The translations under genes were made by a program, and so were the position numbers. Shown piece after piece: positions 54,708-63,571 of a stretch of 64,000 bases of DNA. Source of the stretch: an uncultured Spartobacteria bacterium (GTDB lineage Bacteria > Verrucomicrobiota > Verrucomicrobiia > Chthoniobacterales > UBA6821); contig CAIPWR010000126.1 in assembly GCA_903868795.1 (NCBI GenBank), positions 5,172-69,171 on the forward strand, given 5' to 3'. The notes under the pieces are model-generated. The model had not been told where the DNA came from, searched no databases, and saw only the letters and a list, made by a program, of their open reading frames with translations. The first letter of the stretch is position 1. Each line of letters begins with the position of its first letter.

Positions 54708-57292
54708 TCCCGAAACCTCAAGGAAGTATCTTCTGGAGGGGGAGCATCCGCCCCCTTCTTCTTCAACCGCGAGCTGCGATGCTCAGCATCCTGAGTATCG
54801 CACTCGGGGTGGCGGTCTTCCTCGCGATCACGATCGCCAACCGTGGTGCGGTCGAGAGCTTTCACCGGGCATTTGCAATGATCACGGGAAAAGCCGATTT
54901 GGAAATCCGAGGTCATGTCCCCGAATCGGTCCTACTTGAGGTGATGAAAACTCCAGGGGTCGCGGCAGCTACGCCGCTGATCGAGGCGATGGTGACGCTA
55001 CCCGATTATCCCGGAGAGTCGCTCCATCTCGTCGGCATCGATCCATTCACAGCCGCGGGATTGCTTGGGCTCGCACCATCCTTCGGATCAGGGAAAAAGG
55101 ATGGAGAGGGAGACCTTGCCACTTGGCTGGGGGATGACTCCGGGATTGCGGTCCTTCGGGAGTTTCCCGGAAGACATCATCTCCAGCAGGGCGATTCCAT
55201 CCGGCTCCAGGGAGCAGGTCCATCCCGTCACCTGATCTTGCGTCACCTGATCAGGACGGATGATGCCTCGGCGGAAGGGCGTGGAGGAATAGCCGCACTC
55301 GATTTGGCAACGGCTCAGGAGTGGGTGGGGGAGCCAGGTTACCTGAGTGCAATCCTGATCAAGCTGCGTGATCCCGGAGAGAAGCAGGAGGTCACGGAAC
55401 GGTTGAGACGACTTCTGCCTGAGGATGTCACGGTGCAACCCCCGGCGCGGCGAACGCAGCAGGTCGATATCATGCTGGCCGCTTTCCGTCTCAACCTCAC
55501 GGCGTTGAGCCTTGTTTCGTTGATGGTTGGAATGTTCTTTGTTGGTAATTCTGCAGCCGCTTCTGTAGTTCGTCGCAGGGTGTCACTCGGGATCCTTCGA
55601 GCTCTTGGGACCAGCAGGCCCATGATTCTTACCATGGTGCTTGTGGAAGCAGCGCTTAGCGGATTCATCGGTTCGCTCCTAGGTATTCTGGCCTCACCCG
55701 TGATCGCTGGAATCTTGGCTGCCCCGGTGGCTCAGACAGTGACGGCACTTTACTTGCCAGTTGATGCTCACGGAGGCTGGCCCTCCCCGTTGGAAGCCAT
55801 TGCTGGCATGGTTGCAGGTGTCCTGGCTGCGCTGGTGGCCGCCTGGATACCGGCCCAGCAAGCGGCGTCCGTCGATCCGACCAAGGTCCTTCATCCGGGA
55901 ACGGCACCCGAGATCTTTCCCATGCCAGCGCTCCCGCTTGCGTGCTGGGGAGCGGGGGTCCTGCTGCTTGGATTTATTTGCTCACTCGGCGCTTTGTACG
56001 GGGGTTTGGCGTTACTTGGGTTTGGTGCAGCGTTTTTTGTCCTGGCGGGGTTTTCGCTGATGGTTCCGTTGGTGACAGTAGTTGCGGCCGGGCTCCTGCG
56101 GAGTGTCTTGGCCCGACCCCTCTTGTCGCGAGGCGTTATCCTTAGGATTGCCCTCGAACAGACCATGCGCTCGCTGCATCGGACGGCCCCGACGATTGCT
56201 GCGCTCGCAGCCGCAGCCTCGATGACGGTCGGCATCAGCGTCATGATTCACTCCTTCCGCGGCAGCGTGATCACCTGGACAGGACGGACGCTGACGGCTG
56301 ACCTGTTCATCGCACCCGCAGCCAACGAGCTGTTGGGACTTGCGCACACGATGCCCGAAACGGCGACGGAGTGGTGGAGAAAGCAGCCATCGGTTTCCGC
56401 CGTGGGAACGTTCCGAGAGGTGGAGGCTCGCAGTGTGGAGGGAGCCCAGGTGACGTTGGGCGTAGTCTCGGGGCCCGCGCGCGGATCCATTGATTTTCTT
56501 CACGGAGAGGTGGCTAAAAAAACCAGGGCGCTGGAGCGCGGTGAGGGAGTGGCGCTTTCCGAAAGTCTGGGGCGCCGGCTGAAACTCGGGACGGGTGATA
56601 AGCTGGTGCTTTCAGGACCCAAAGGACCTCTGACGCTTCCCGTGGTCGACCTTTACCGGGATTACACACGCGATCGAGGCATCGCGATGATTGGCGCGGA
56701 TTATTTCGCCAAGGTCTGGGGAGCCCAAGGGGTGCACTCGCTTGCGATCGAGTTTACGGCCGGAACACCCGAGAAGGTTAGGGATGCTGCGAGCGCCTCA
56801 TTTTTCTCTGCCTTTGGGGGTAAGGAGGCGTTCATCTGCTATAGCAATCATGCGTTGAAGGCCCGCATCTTGGAGATCTTCAACCAGACCTTTGCGGTGA
56901 CAGCCGTGCTTAAAACTATTTCGATAGCCGTCGCTATCGGAGGCGTGATGCTTACGCTCGGCATTCTGGTGATGGAAAGGACGCGCGAGTTGGGTGTGCT
57001 CAAGGCCATAGGTGCATCGCGTGGTCAGATTGTGCGCGTGATGCTTGCCGAGGCTTCACTGATAGGCTTGCTCGCCAGTCTTGTGGGAATCGTGAGTGGA
57101 GCAGCCCTTGCCTTGGTGCTGACGTGGGTGATCAATAAGGCCTTTTTCGGATGGAGTATCGATCTTGCCTACCCTTGGTCTGATATCGCGGTGCTCCCTC
57201 TATGGATGACGGCGGCAGCACTCGTGGCCGGAATGATTCCCGCCCTCCGCGCCTCCATGGTTCCGCCTGCCTCCGCTCTCAGAATGGAGTGA
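54704..57292 (+). CDS. ABC transporter permease with two FtsX domains (MacB/LolE-like)
   Basis: ORF 54464..57292 trimmed to Met81 (ATGA overlap with the glnD stop). Two FtsX-type 4-TM modules (LRALGTSRPMIL..., LKAIGASRGQIV...). Confidence 0.8.
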   Translation: MIPKPQGSIFWRGSIRPLLLQPRAAMLSILSIALGVAVFLAITIANRGAVESFHRAFAMITGKADLEIRGHVPESVLLEVMKTPGVAAATPLIEAMVTLPDYPGESLHLVGIDPFTAAGLLGLAPSFGSGKKDGEGDLATWLGDDSGIAVLREFPGRHHLQQGDSIRLQGAGPSRHLILRHLIRTDDASAEGRGGIAALDLATAQEWVGEPGYLSAILIKLRDPGEKQEVTERLRRLLPEDVTVQPPARRTQQVDIMLAAFRLNLTALSLVSLMVGMFFVGNSAAASVVRRRVSLGILRALGTSRPMILTMVLVEAALSGFIGSLLGILASPVIAGILAAPVAQTVTALYLPVDAHGGWPSPLEAIAGMVAGVLAALVAAWIPAQQAASVDPTKVLHPGTAPEIFPMPALPLACWGAGVLLLGFICSLGALYGGLALLGFGAAFFVLAGFSLMVPLVTVVAAGLLRSVLARPLLSRGVILRIALEQTMRSLHRTAPTIAALAAAASMTVGISVMIHSFRGSVITWTGRTLTADLFIAPAANELLGLAHTMPETATEWWRKQPSVSAVGTFREVEARSVEGAQVTLGVVSGPARGSIDFLHGEVAKKTRALERGEGVALSESLGRRLKLGTGDKLVLSGPKGPLTLPVVDLYRDYTRDRGIAMIGADYFAKVWGAQGVHSLAIEFTAGTPEKVRDAASASFFSAFGGKEAFICYSNHALKARILEIFNQTFAVTAVLKTISIAVAIGGVMLTLGILVMERTRELGVLKAIGASRGQIVRVMLAEASLIGLLASLVGIVSGAALALVLTWVINKAFFGWSIDLAYPWSDIAVLPLWMTAAALVAGMIPALRASMVPPASALRME

Positions 57293-57428
57293 TCAACAAT
57301 GGACGAAGAAAAAAGGGACAAAGCAGAGCGATGCTCTAAAAAAACGAAATTTTTTAAAAAAGAACTTGCACAAGGAAGGCAATCCTATAAGTTGGGCTTA
57401 TCGAAAGATTGTTCTGGGGGGAACAACA

Positions 57429-57466
57429 GGCCGTCGTACCATATGGTGCGGCGGCCTGTATCTTTT
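57429..57466 (+). terminator. rho-independent terminator-like hairpin
   Basis: GGCCGTCGTACC-ATAT-GGTGCGGCGGCC forms a 12-bp stem (3 G-U pairs), followed by TGTATCTTTT. Preceded by a second hairpin TTGTTC-TGGGGG-GAACAA (57409-57426). Confidence 0.5.
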
Positions 57467-57595
57467 AGAGCTAGAACGGCCGCATACTGGGTTTTTAGGT
57501 CCTAGGGATTGATAAAGGCGGCCTGAAGATTTATTCAGCGGTTCCCAAGAGGGCGGGGAGTAGGCATACTTTCATTACTAACGCAAAGATCCTTC

Positions 57596-60500
57596 ATGCC
57601 GCCCCGTTTTAAAAACACCGAGGATCCAGAGCATCCTCCAGCTATGTCGGGAACGCCGACGGCATGGCGAACGTTGACCTTACTGGCTTTAGTAATAGCG
57701 ATCTGGATTTTCTCCAACCCAGTATTCAGCACAGCGCTGAGGGGTGGCCTTTCACTGGCTGCCTGGGGGTATGGCGGGGAGCTGCACATTGATCAACTCT
57801 CCATCGCTGACAATGGATGGATTCAAGCGCGGGGGATTACTTGGCTTTTAGGCCCGCCTGATCACCGAAGCAGTTTCAAGTCGGATGCGGTCGGGGTGCG
57901 ACTCTCCTCGTGGAAACAACTGCTGCATCTTTCGGAGGGTGGCCCGCAGAGATTGGTCAGAGAGATGATGGTGGGCAAGACCAAGATACTGCTGGATACC
58001 AGAAGCAGCGCACACGCCGTAAAGACGCAGGTGATCCTCCCTGTAAGGAACATGCTTTCCTTGGTACAGCCCTCCCTTTTTCTTCCGTCGGCATCCTTTA
58101 CGTTAGGATCCGCCGATCTGGTAATGATTGGAGATCATCACCGAGTTGCAGTGAATGGACTGTCACTTCGGCTCCCGGATCGATGGGCCGGACGGATTTC
58201 GTACAGCGACGGGTCATTGGATGTCGGGGCCTGGCATCGAGTTCTCCCTAAAACTTCCGTGCCTGCCTCTTGGGAAGGGGGAACCCTCAGGCTGGGCGAA
58301 TTGGATTTGGGAAACGAATTACTCCTCAGGGAAACGACGCTCCGACCGGTGGGTGACAGCATTGATTTTGGAATCCGTGGAACAGTAGGCCAAGGACTAA
58401 TACGTGGTGATGGCACCGTGAGTTCACCTTTAAATCCCAAGCATCTGGAGCTGACGCTTGTTGGGGAAGGTCTTGCGCTTGATGCCTTCCGTGAATGGAT
58501 GAAGGAGGAAAAGAAAGCGACCGGAGTCATCAGCCAGGCTCGGTTGACGTTTCGCGGTGATCCCACCAACCCAGTGGATGCCGACAGCTCGCTACGCGTG
58601 ATCGCCAGGGATTTTCGTTGGGAGGGAAAGGGATGGGAGACACTGCGGTTGGTTGCCACTCTCACGGGGCGCAACCTCACCCTTTCCGAACTTCATCTCC
58701 AGCAACAGGAGAATGAAGTGACGGCATCGGGTCAGAGCCATCTCCCCTCAGATTGGCACGCCGCGCTTCGTGCCCCGTTCACCGGAAAGTTTCATGCGGA
58801 GCTTGAAGATGCCAGTGCGTTGGCGGGACTGGCCGGGCCGGAGTTTACCCAGCTGGGCGGAGGGCTGCTCCTCGAGGGCGAAATCCATGGCTCGGAGAAC
58901 AAGGCCGAGGGCTACTGCAATCTTAGAGGCACCGGCATGACCATTCGGAAGCTTCCGCTCGACTGGGTGAAAGGATGCATGATCTTCGCCGGCGATCAGA
59001 CTCGGCTGGCTTCTCTGGAAGCATGGAGCGGGCGCGATCATCTCAATCTCAGCGGTCAAGTGGCCAATAGCAGACCCCATGCTTATAAGGCCGAGGCGCA
59101 AGCCGATGTCCGTGACCTGACCAAGCGACTTTCGCAGTTGGGAGTCACCACCGCCTCCGTCATTGGCGGAGGCGCCGTGAAGTTCCGCTGGCAGGGCGAG
59201 GGCACCGCGGATGTCCACACGGGATCCTTCGAGATGGAGGTTAATGATTGGGTGAGCAAGTGGACGACTACCGGCATGTCGGGAACCTTCGAGGGATCGT
59301 ATGCACCCGGCAAAGTCGAACTCACGAAGGCTAAATTCAAGCAGGACGACCTGACGCTTGGGGGGAAGCTTTCGGCAGCGGCCGCAGCGTTCCGCGCTAC
59401 GGACATTGTGGCAACACGTGCTGGAAAACCGTTGCCGCTGGTGAAGGGAGATATCCTGCTTCCATTCAATGCGCTAGAATTCTGGCAGAGCGGCGATCTG
59501 CTCAAGACCATCGCGATGGATAGTCCCGTGGATATCAATCTCGCACTTCAAGGAATCAAGGCCGAAGAGATTGCAGGGTTGTTGGGCCAGCAAATTCCGT
59601 TTGTGGGAACCTTGGATGGGTCGATCTCTGCAAAGGGAAGCCCAGCCAAACCGGTGATTCATTCCGCACTGAGTATCCGTAACTTTTCACCGAAGCAAGG
59701 CGGTCCGAAAGCAGATCTATCCATTGCGGTGGAGGCCGGGGATGGGAAGGCTAGCGCAAAACTCCTTCAGGAACCCGCGTCTACGTCGCCTCTCTCCCTT
59801 GAGCTCGCGGCGCCGCTGCACTTGATCAAGGAACAAGGGACAATTTGCATGGGGGATACGGATCAGCCAATCCACGGATCCGCAACATTCCGACATGTTC
59901 CTTTGGACGGGTGGGTCAGCATGATGAGGTTGGACTCCTGGCCGCTGAAGAATGCACGCGTGGATGGGAAAATCCTCTTCTCCGGCGCCTGGCGACAACC
60001 CGTCATGGAAGGCGGCTTGCTCCTTGAAGCCGAGGAAGGGCACCTGTTTGGCTCCCACACACTGGAGCATCTTTCTCTGCCCATAACGCTCTCTTTCGCG
60101 AAAGCGGTATTCGGATCTGGAAGTGCGGTCTACCGCGACAAGCCCGTGATGTTATCAGGAGAGCTCTCATGGGAACAATCCCCATGGAAAGGCGGACTTC
60201 GTCTCCAGGGGAAGGATCTACCGTTGACTCTTGGAAGTGGACTGGAAGCTTTAGCGGATGCCGATCTGGTGTTTGCTGCCACGACTCCGCAAACGCCGTT
60301 GTTGAGCGGATCACTTCAGCTGCACGGACTTACTGGAGTGGTGCATCCCGATCTCACACCCTCCTTTGCCCCGCCCGCTTGTCTCCTTTCCTCTTCAGAT
60401 TCTGAGAGTTCCCGGAGTCCGGCGAGTGACAACGGAGTAAAAAATCTGCAAATCGATCTCTCGCTCCGCACTGATGGGCTAGTATCGCTGGATCCGCAAA

Positions 60501-60985
60501 CGAACAGCGCCCTTGCCCTGGATGTGAAAGCAGGTGGGGCTGCTCTTGACCCCTCTTTTTCAGGAACGGTCCAGGGAAAGAACATGGAGCTTACCCTTCC
60601 ATGCGGCACTTTTTATGCGCCGCAAGTCAGAGTGCTCCTCAAGGACTCGAGTTATACGCTCTCAGGTGACGACGCTTATGGACTTACCAAAGGTGGTTTC
60701 TGCTTCCTTTCCCTGAACGGTGTCCTCCCTCATCCGAAGATAGCTTTTGAAGGAGAGCCCGGGGACATGGCTCCGGATCTGCTGATGGCTATGGCCACTG
60801 GACGAGCCGAGTGGTCAAAGCGATATCTGACAGAAGGGTCATCATGGTGCCGGCAGAGCCTGATGTTGCCCCTCCCTGCGACGAAATGGATGACCTCTCG
60901 CATGGGAGAGTACGAACCGGGGGCACTAGGATTCTACGGAGCACCCTGGATCTGGAATATTTCGTGGGGAGGAGCCCAAAAATAA
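57596..60985 (+). CDS. large N-terminally anchored envelope protein, TamB/AsmA-like (tentative)
   Basis: 1129 aa. Single N-terminal TM WRTLTLLALVIAIWIF. Long beta-rich G/S/L repetitive body typical of AsmA/TamB-type proteins. No motif-level proof. Confidence 0.45.
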   Translation: MPPRFKNTEDPEHPPAMSGTPTAWRTLTLLALVIAIWIFSNPVFSTALRGGLSLAAWGYGGELHIDQLSIADNGWIQARGITWLLGPPDHRSSFKSDAVGVRLSSWKQLLHLSEGGPQRLVREMMVGKTKILLDTRSSAHAVKTQVILPVRNMLSLVQPSLFLPSASFTLGSADLVMIGDHHRVAVNGLSLRLPDRWAGRISYSDGSLDVGAWHRVLPKTSVPASWEGGTLRLGELDLGNELLLRETTLRPVGDSIDFGIRGTVGQGLIRGDGTVSSPLNPKHLELTLVGEGLALDAFREWMKEEKKATGVISQARLTFRGDPTNPVDADSSLRVIARDFRWEGKGWETLRLVATLTGRNLTLSELHLQQQENEVTASGQSHLPSDWHAALRAPFTGKFHAELEDASALAGLAGPEFTQLGGGLLLEGEIHGSENKAEGYCNLRGTGMTIRKLPLDWVKGCMIFAGDQTRLASLEAWSGRDHLNLSGQVANSRPHAYKAEAQADVRDLTKRLSQLGVTTASVIGGGAVKFRWQGEGTADVHTGSFEMEVNDWVSKWTTTGMSGTFEGSYAPGKVELTKAKFKQDDLTLGGKLSAAAAAFRATDIVATRAGKPLPLVKGDILLPFNALEFWQSGDLLKTIAMDSPVDINLALQGIKAEEIAGLLGQQIPFVGTLDGSISAKGSPAKPVIHSALSIRNFSPKQGGPKADLSIAVEAGDGKASAKLLQEPASTSPLSLELAAPLHLIKEQGTICMGDTDQPIHGSATFRHVPLDGWVSMMRLDSWPLKNARVDGKILFSGAWRQPVMEGGLLLEAEEGHLFGSHTLEHLSLPITLSFAKAVFGSGSAVYRDKPVMLSGELSWEQSPWKGGLRLQGKDLPLTLGSGLEALADADLVFAATTPQTPLLSGSLQLHGLTGVVHPDLTPSFAPPACLLSSSDSESSRSPASDNGVKNLQIDLSLRTDGLVSLDPQTNSALALDVKAGGAALDPSFSGTVQGKNMELTLPCGTFYAPQVRVLLKDSSYTLSGDDAYGLTKGGFCFLSLNGVLPHPKIAFEGEPGDMAPDLLMAMATGRAEWSKRYLTEGSSWCRQSLMLPLPATKWMTSRMGEYEPGALGFYGAPWIWNISWGGAQK

Positions 60986-60990
60986 AATTT

Positions 60991-61872
60991 ATGGAAAGTA
61001 TGACAGGACATGGGCGGGGTAGCACCCAAGCGGATGGGTGGCGGATCACCGTGGAATGCGGTTCGGTAAACCGGAAAGGGATCGAGATCGCAATCTCATT
61101 GCCCAAGCCACTTTCCATTCTGGAGCCCAAACTTCGAGAAATGATTCAGAAAAGAATCGGCCGCGGGCGTATCAATCTTACGGTCTCGCTTGATAAAGCC
61201 TGCGGTCCGGATACGAACCAAAGCGTGGTAGACAAACAGGCGGCCCGCCGCGCACTCCAGGAACTCCAGGCTTTGCAATCGGAACTATCGTTGCCCGGAG
61301 AGATCTCGTTGGAATTGTTACTCCGATCACCGGGTGTACTAAGAAACGGAGGGGATGAAAATCCTGATGCCGATAAGCTCTGGCCCGTGCTGCAGCTAGC
61401 TCTCAATGAAGCGCTGGACCGGATGATCGCGATGAGGAAAAAGGAGGGGGCCCATCTGGTCACGGACTTGCTCAAACGCATCAAGCTCCTTGAGTCCGCC
61501 GCCAAGGCGATCCGCACCCGTGTGCCCGGCGTTCTGCGTCAGCGGCGAGATCACCTCAAGTCCCGATTGGAAGAATTGGGACTACCGTTGCCGGCCAATG
61601 ATCCCGCGCTGGCCCGTGAACTCGCCTTCATGGCGGAGCGCAGCGACATCACCGAGGAACTGACGCGCCTGGAGAGCCATTTTGCGCAGTGCCGTGAATC
61701 ATTGGGGGGTACCGATCCTGCGGGAAGGACCCTCGACTATCTGGCGCAGGAGATGTTTCGAGAGTTTAATACACTCGGCAACAAAGCAGGTGATGCCTCC
61801 ATCTCCCAACGGGTCGTGCAATCCAAAGCGGAGCTTGATAGGATCCGCGAACAGGTAGCCAACCTCGAGTAA
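60991..61872 (+). CDS. yicC: YicC/YloC family protein
   Basis: ORF 60811..61872 trimmed to Met61. MTGHGRG start and C-terminal EEL(T)RLESH...REFNTLGNKA (DUF1732) blocks. Confidence 0.85.
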   Translation: MESMTGHGRGSTQADGWRITVECGSVNRKGIEIAISLPKPLSILEPKLREMIQKRIGRGRINLTVSLDKACGPDTNQSVVDKQAARRALQELQALQSELSLPGEISLELLLRSPGVLRNGGDENPDADKLWPVLQLALNEALDRMIAMRKKEGAHLVTDLLKRIKLLESAAKAIRTRVPGVLRQRRDHLKSRLEELGLPLPANDPALARELAFMAERSDITEELTRLESHFAQCRESLGGTDPAGRTLDYLAQEMFREFNTLGNKAGDASISQRVVQSKAELDRIREQVANLE

Positions 61873-61877
61873 TCCTC

Positions 61878-62513
61878 GTGAATAATCCATCCCAGCACTT
61901 TCTCCGCTCCGGTATTCTTTTTGTGATTTCAGCACCTTCGGGTGCCGGAAAGACGACTCTCTGCACCGCGCTGCGGCAGAAGCCCGACTTCGTCTGGTCG
62001 GTTTCCTGCACGACCCGCTCTCCTAGAACAGGAGAAATTGATGGAGAGGATTATCACTTTCTATCGCGTGAGGAATTCACCCGGCGTCTTGCTGGCAATG
62101 AATTCCTGGAGCATGCGGAGGTGCACGGAAACCATTATGGAACGCTGAAGGGTCCCGTTCTTGAAAACCTAAGGAACGGAATCGACGTGCTTCTCGATAT
62201 TGATACGCACGGTGTCGACAATATCCGGGCCTGTGGCGATCCCATTATCCTGCAAGCACTCGCCGATGTCTTCATCATGCCTCCAGACCTCGAGGAACTC
62301 CGTCGGCGCCTCATGCGCCGTGGAACCGAGACAGCGGAGCAGGTCGAGGTCCGGATGAGCAATGCCGCGCGCGAGATGGAATGCTGGCGTGATTACCGTT
62401 ACACGATCATCAGCGGATCGATGGAAGAGAACATCGAAAAGTTCCGGGCGGTCATGCGGGCCGAGCGATATCTTAGCCGACGGATGTCCGTCGTGACCGA
62501 GGGTACTGCATGA
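61878..62513 (+). CDS. gmk: guanylate kinase
   Basis: 211 aa. ISAPSGAGKTTL P-loop, TTRSPRTGEIDGEDYHF. Confidence 0.9.
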   Translation: MNNPSQHFLRSGILFVISAPSGAGKTTLCTALRQKPDFVWSVSCTTRSPRTGEIDGEDYHFLSREEFTRRLAGNEFLEHAEVHGNHYGTLKGPVLENLRNGIDVLLDIDTHGVDNIRACGDPIILQALADVFIMPPDLEELRRRLMRRGTETAEQVEVRMSNAAREMECWRDYRYTIISGSMEENIEKFRAVMRAERYLSRRMSVVTEGTA

Positions 62514-63076
62514 ACGGAGAGCCGAAGTCCTCGGGACAAACAATTGTCCTCGGCGTCACCGGATCGATCGCTGCATACAAGGCAGCGGAGATTGTCAGTC
62601 AGCTCCGCAAGGCCGGTCATGAAGTCTTTGTGGTGATGACGCGTCGCTCCATGGAATTCATTACACCCCTCACGCTGGCCACGCTCTCGCGCAATCCCGT
62701 GCTTTGTGATCTCTCCGAGGAAACTGCCGGCGCTTGGAAGCCAGGTCATATCGAGTTGGCTGACCGTGCGGACCTCCTGTTGATTGCACCAGCGAGTGCG
62801 AACACGATTGCGCGACTCGCTCATGGATTTGCGGATGACGCTCTCGGATCGGTCGCGCTTGCCACGCGTGCGCCGCTTCTCATCGCGCCGGCGATGAATG
62901 GAAAGATGTGGGATCATCCTGCCACCAGAATGAATGTTGAGACACTGCGCACGCGCGGAGCCTTATTTGTGGGGCCTGCGGAAGGGATGCTCGCGTGCGG
63001 ATATGAAGGACTGGGAAGACTTGCAGAGGTCTCGGAGATCACTTCGCACGTGGAAAAAATTCTCGCTGCGCGGTAG
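62510..63076 (+). CDS. coaC: phosphopantothenoylcysteine decarboxylase (flavoprotein domain only, CoaC)
   Basis: 188 aa. LGVTGSIAAYKAAEIV...LLIAPASANTIARLAHGFADD...APAMN..MW. No CoaB half follows. Confidence 0.8.
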   Translation: MNGEPKSSGQTIVLGVTGSIAAYKAAEIVSQLRKAGHEVFVVMTRRSMEFITPLTLATLSRNPVLCDLSEETAGAWKPGHIELADRADLLLIAPASANTIARLAHGFADDALGSVALATRAPLLIAPAMNGKMWDHPATRMNVETLRTRGALFVGPAEGMLACGYEGLGRLAEVSEITSHVEKILAAR

Positions 63077-63235
63077 GCGTGAGAATGATCCTCGCGGTCG
63101 CGGGGATATGGTGACAAAAAAACTTCAGAAAATCCGTTGACGCACATCATCGAGCAACTTATTCACATTCAGCAGTGACTTATTCACAAACTTTTCACAC
63201 AAGCCGCCCATGCGGAACAAAGGAGGTGGATTGAA

Positions 63236-63415
63236 ATGCCCGTTAAGAAAAAAGCACCCGCAAAGAAAGCCGTTGCCAAGAAGGCTCCTGCTAAGAAAGT
63301 AGTAGCGAAGAAGGCCCCCGCCAAGAAGGTGGTGAAGAAGGCCGTTGCAAAGAAGGTCGTCAAGAAGGCTCCTGCAAAGAAAGCCGTCAAGAAGGCCGTC
63401 GCAAAAAAGAAGTAA
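63236..63415 (+). CDS. histone H1-like lysine/alanine-rich DNA-binding protein (59 aa), not in ORF track
   Basis: Hand translation MPVKKKAPAKKAVAKKAPAKKVVAKKAPAKKVVKKAVAKKVVKKAPAKKAVKKAVAKKK*. Strong AGGAGG 9 nt upstream. Intrinsic terminator directly downstream. Two long antisense ORFs in the track are its shadows. Confidence 0.65.
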   Translation: MPVKKKAPAKKAVAKKAPAKKVVAKKAPAKKVVKKAVAKKVVKKAPAKKAVKKAVAKKK

Positions 63416-63456
63416 GTCCCTCCCGCCGGAACACCCTTTCGGCGACGAGCTAGAAC

Positions 63457-63493
63457 TTGGGGGAAGCGCCATAAACGCTTCCCCCAATTTTTT
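63457..63493 (+). terminator. rho-independent terminator of the H1-like gene
   Basis: TTGGGGGAAGCG-CCATAAA-CGCTTCCCCCAA forms a 12-bp perfect stem, followed by TTTTTT. Confidence 0.7.
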
Positions 63494-63571
63494 GGGTTGA
63501 TGATCCAAGGGAATCACCTTTCCTGCCGTTCCCTACTCGACCACACCCTATCCCTCCGCTAATTAGTTATT

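Noticed and set aside
57299-57505. 68-aa ORF MDEEKRDKAERCSKK...
   Set aside because: It spans the promoter-like and hairpin-rich spacer. It is low complexity with no RBS or conservation cue, and is more likely non-coding.
62510-63076. Stand-alone CoaC without a fused CoaB
   Set aside because: Split coaB/coaC genes are known in several lineages. A coaB may lie elsewhere in the genome, so this is not unusual enough to flag.
63125-63517. 130-aa and 68-aa minus-strand ORFs rich in F/L/G
   Set aside because: They are antisense reading of the AAG/GCC-rich H1-like gene. The plus-strand gene has an RBS and a terminator.
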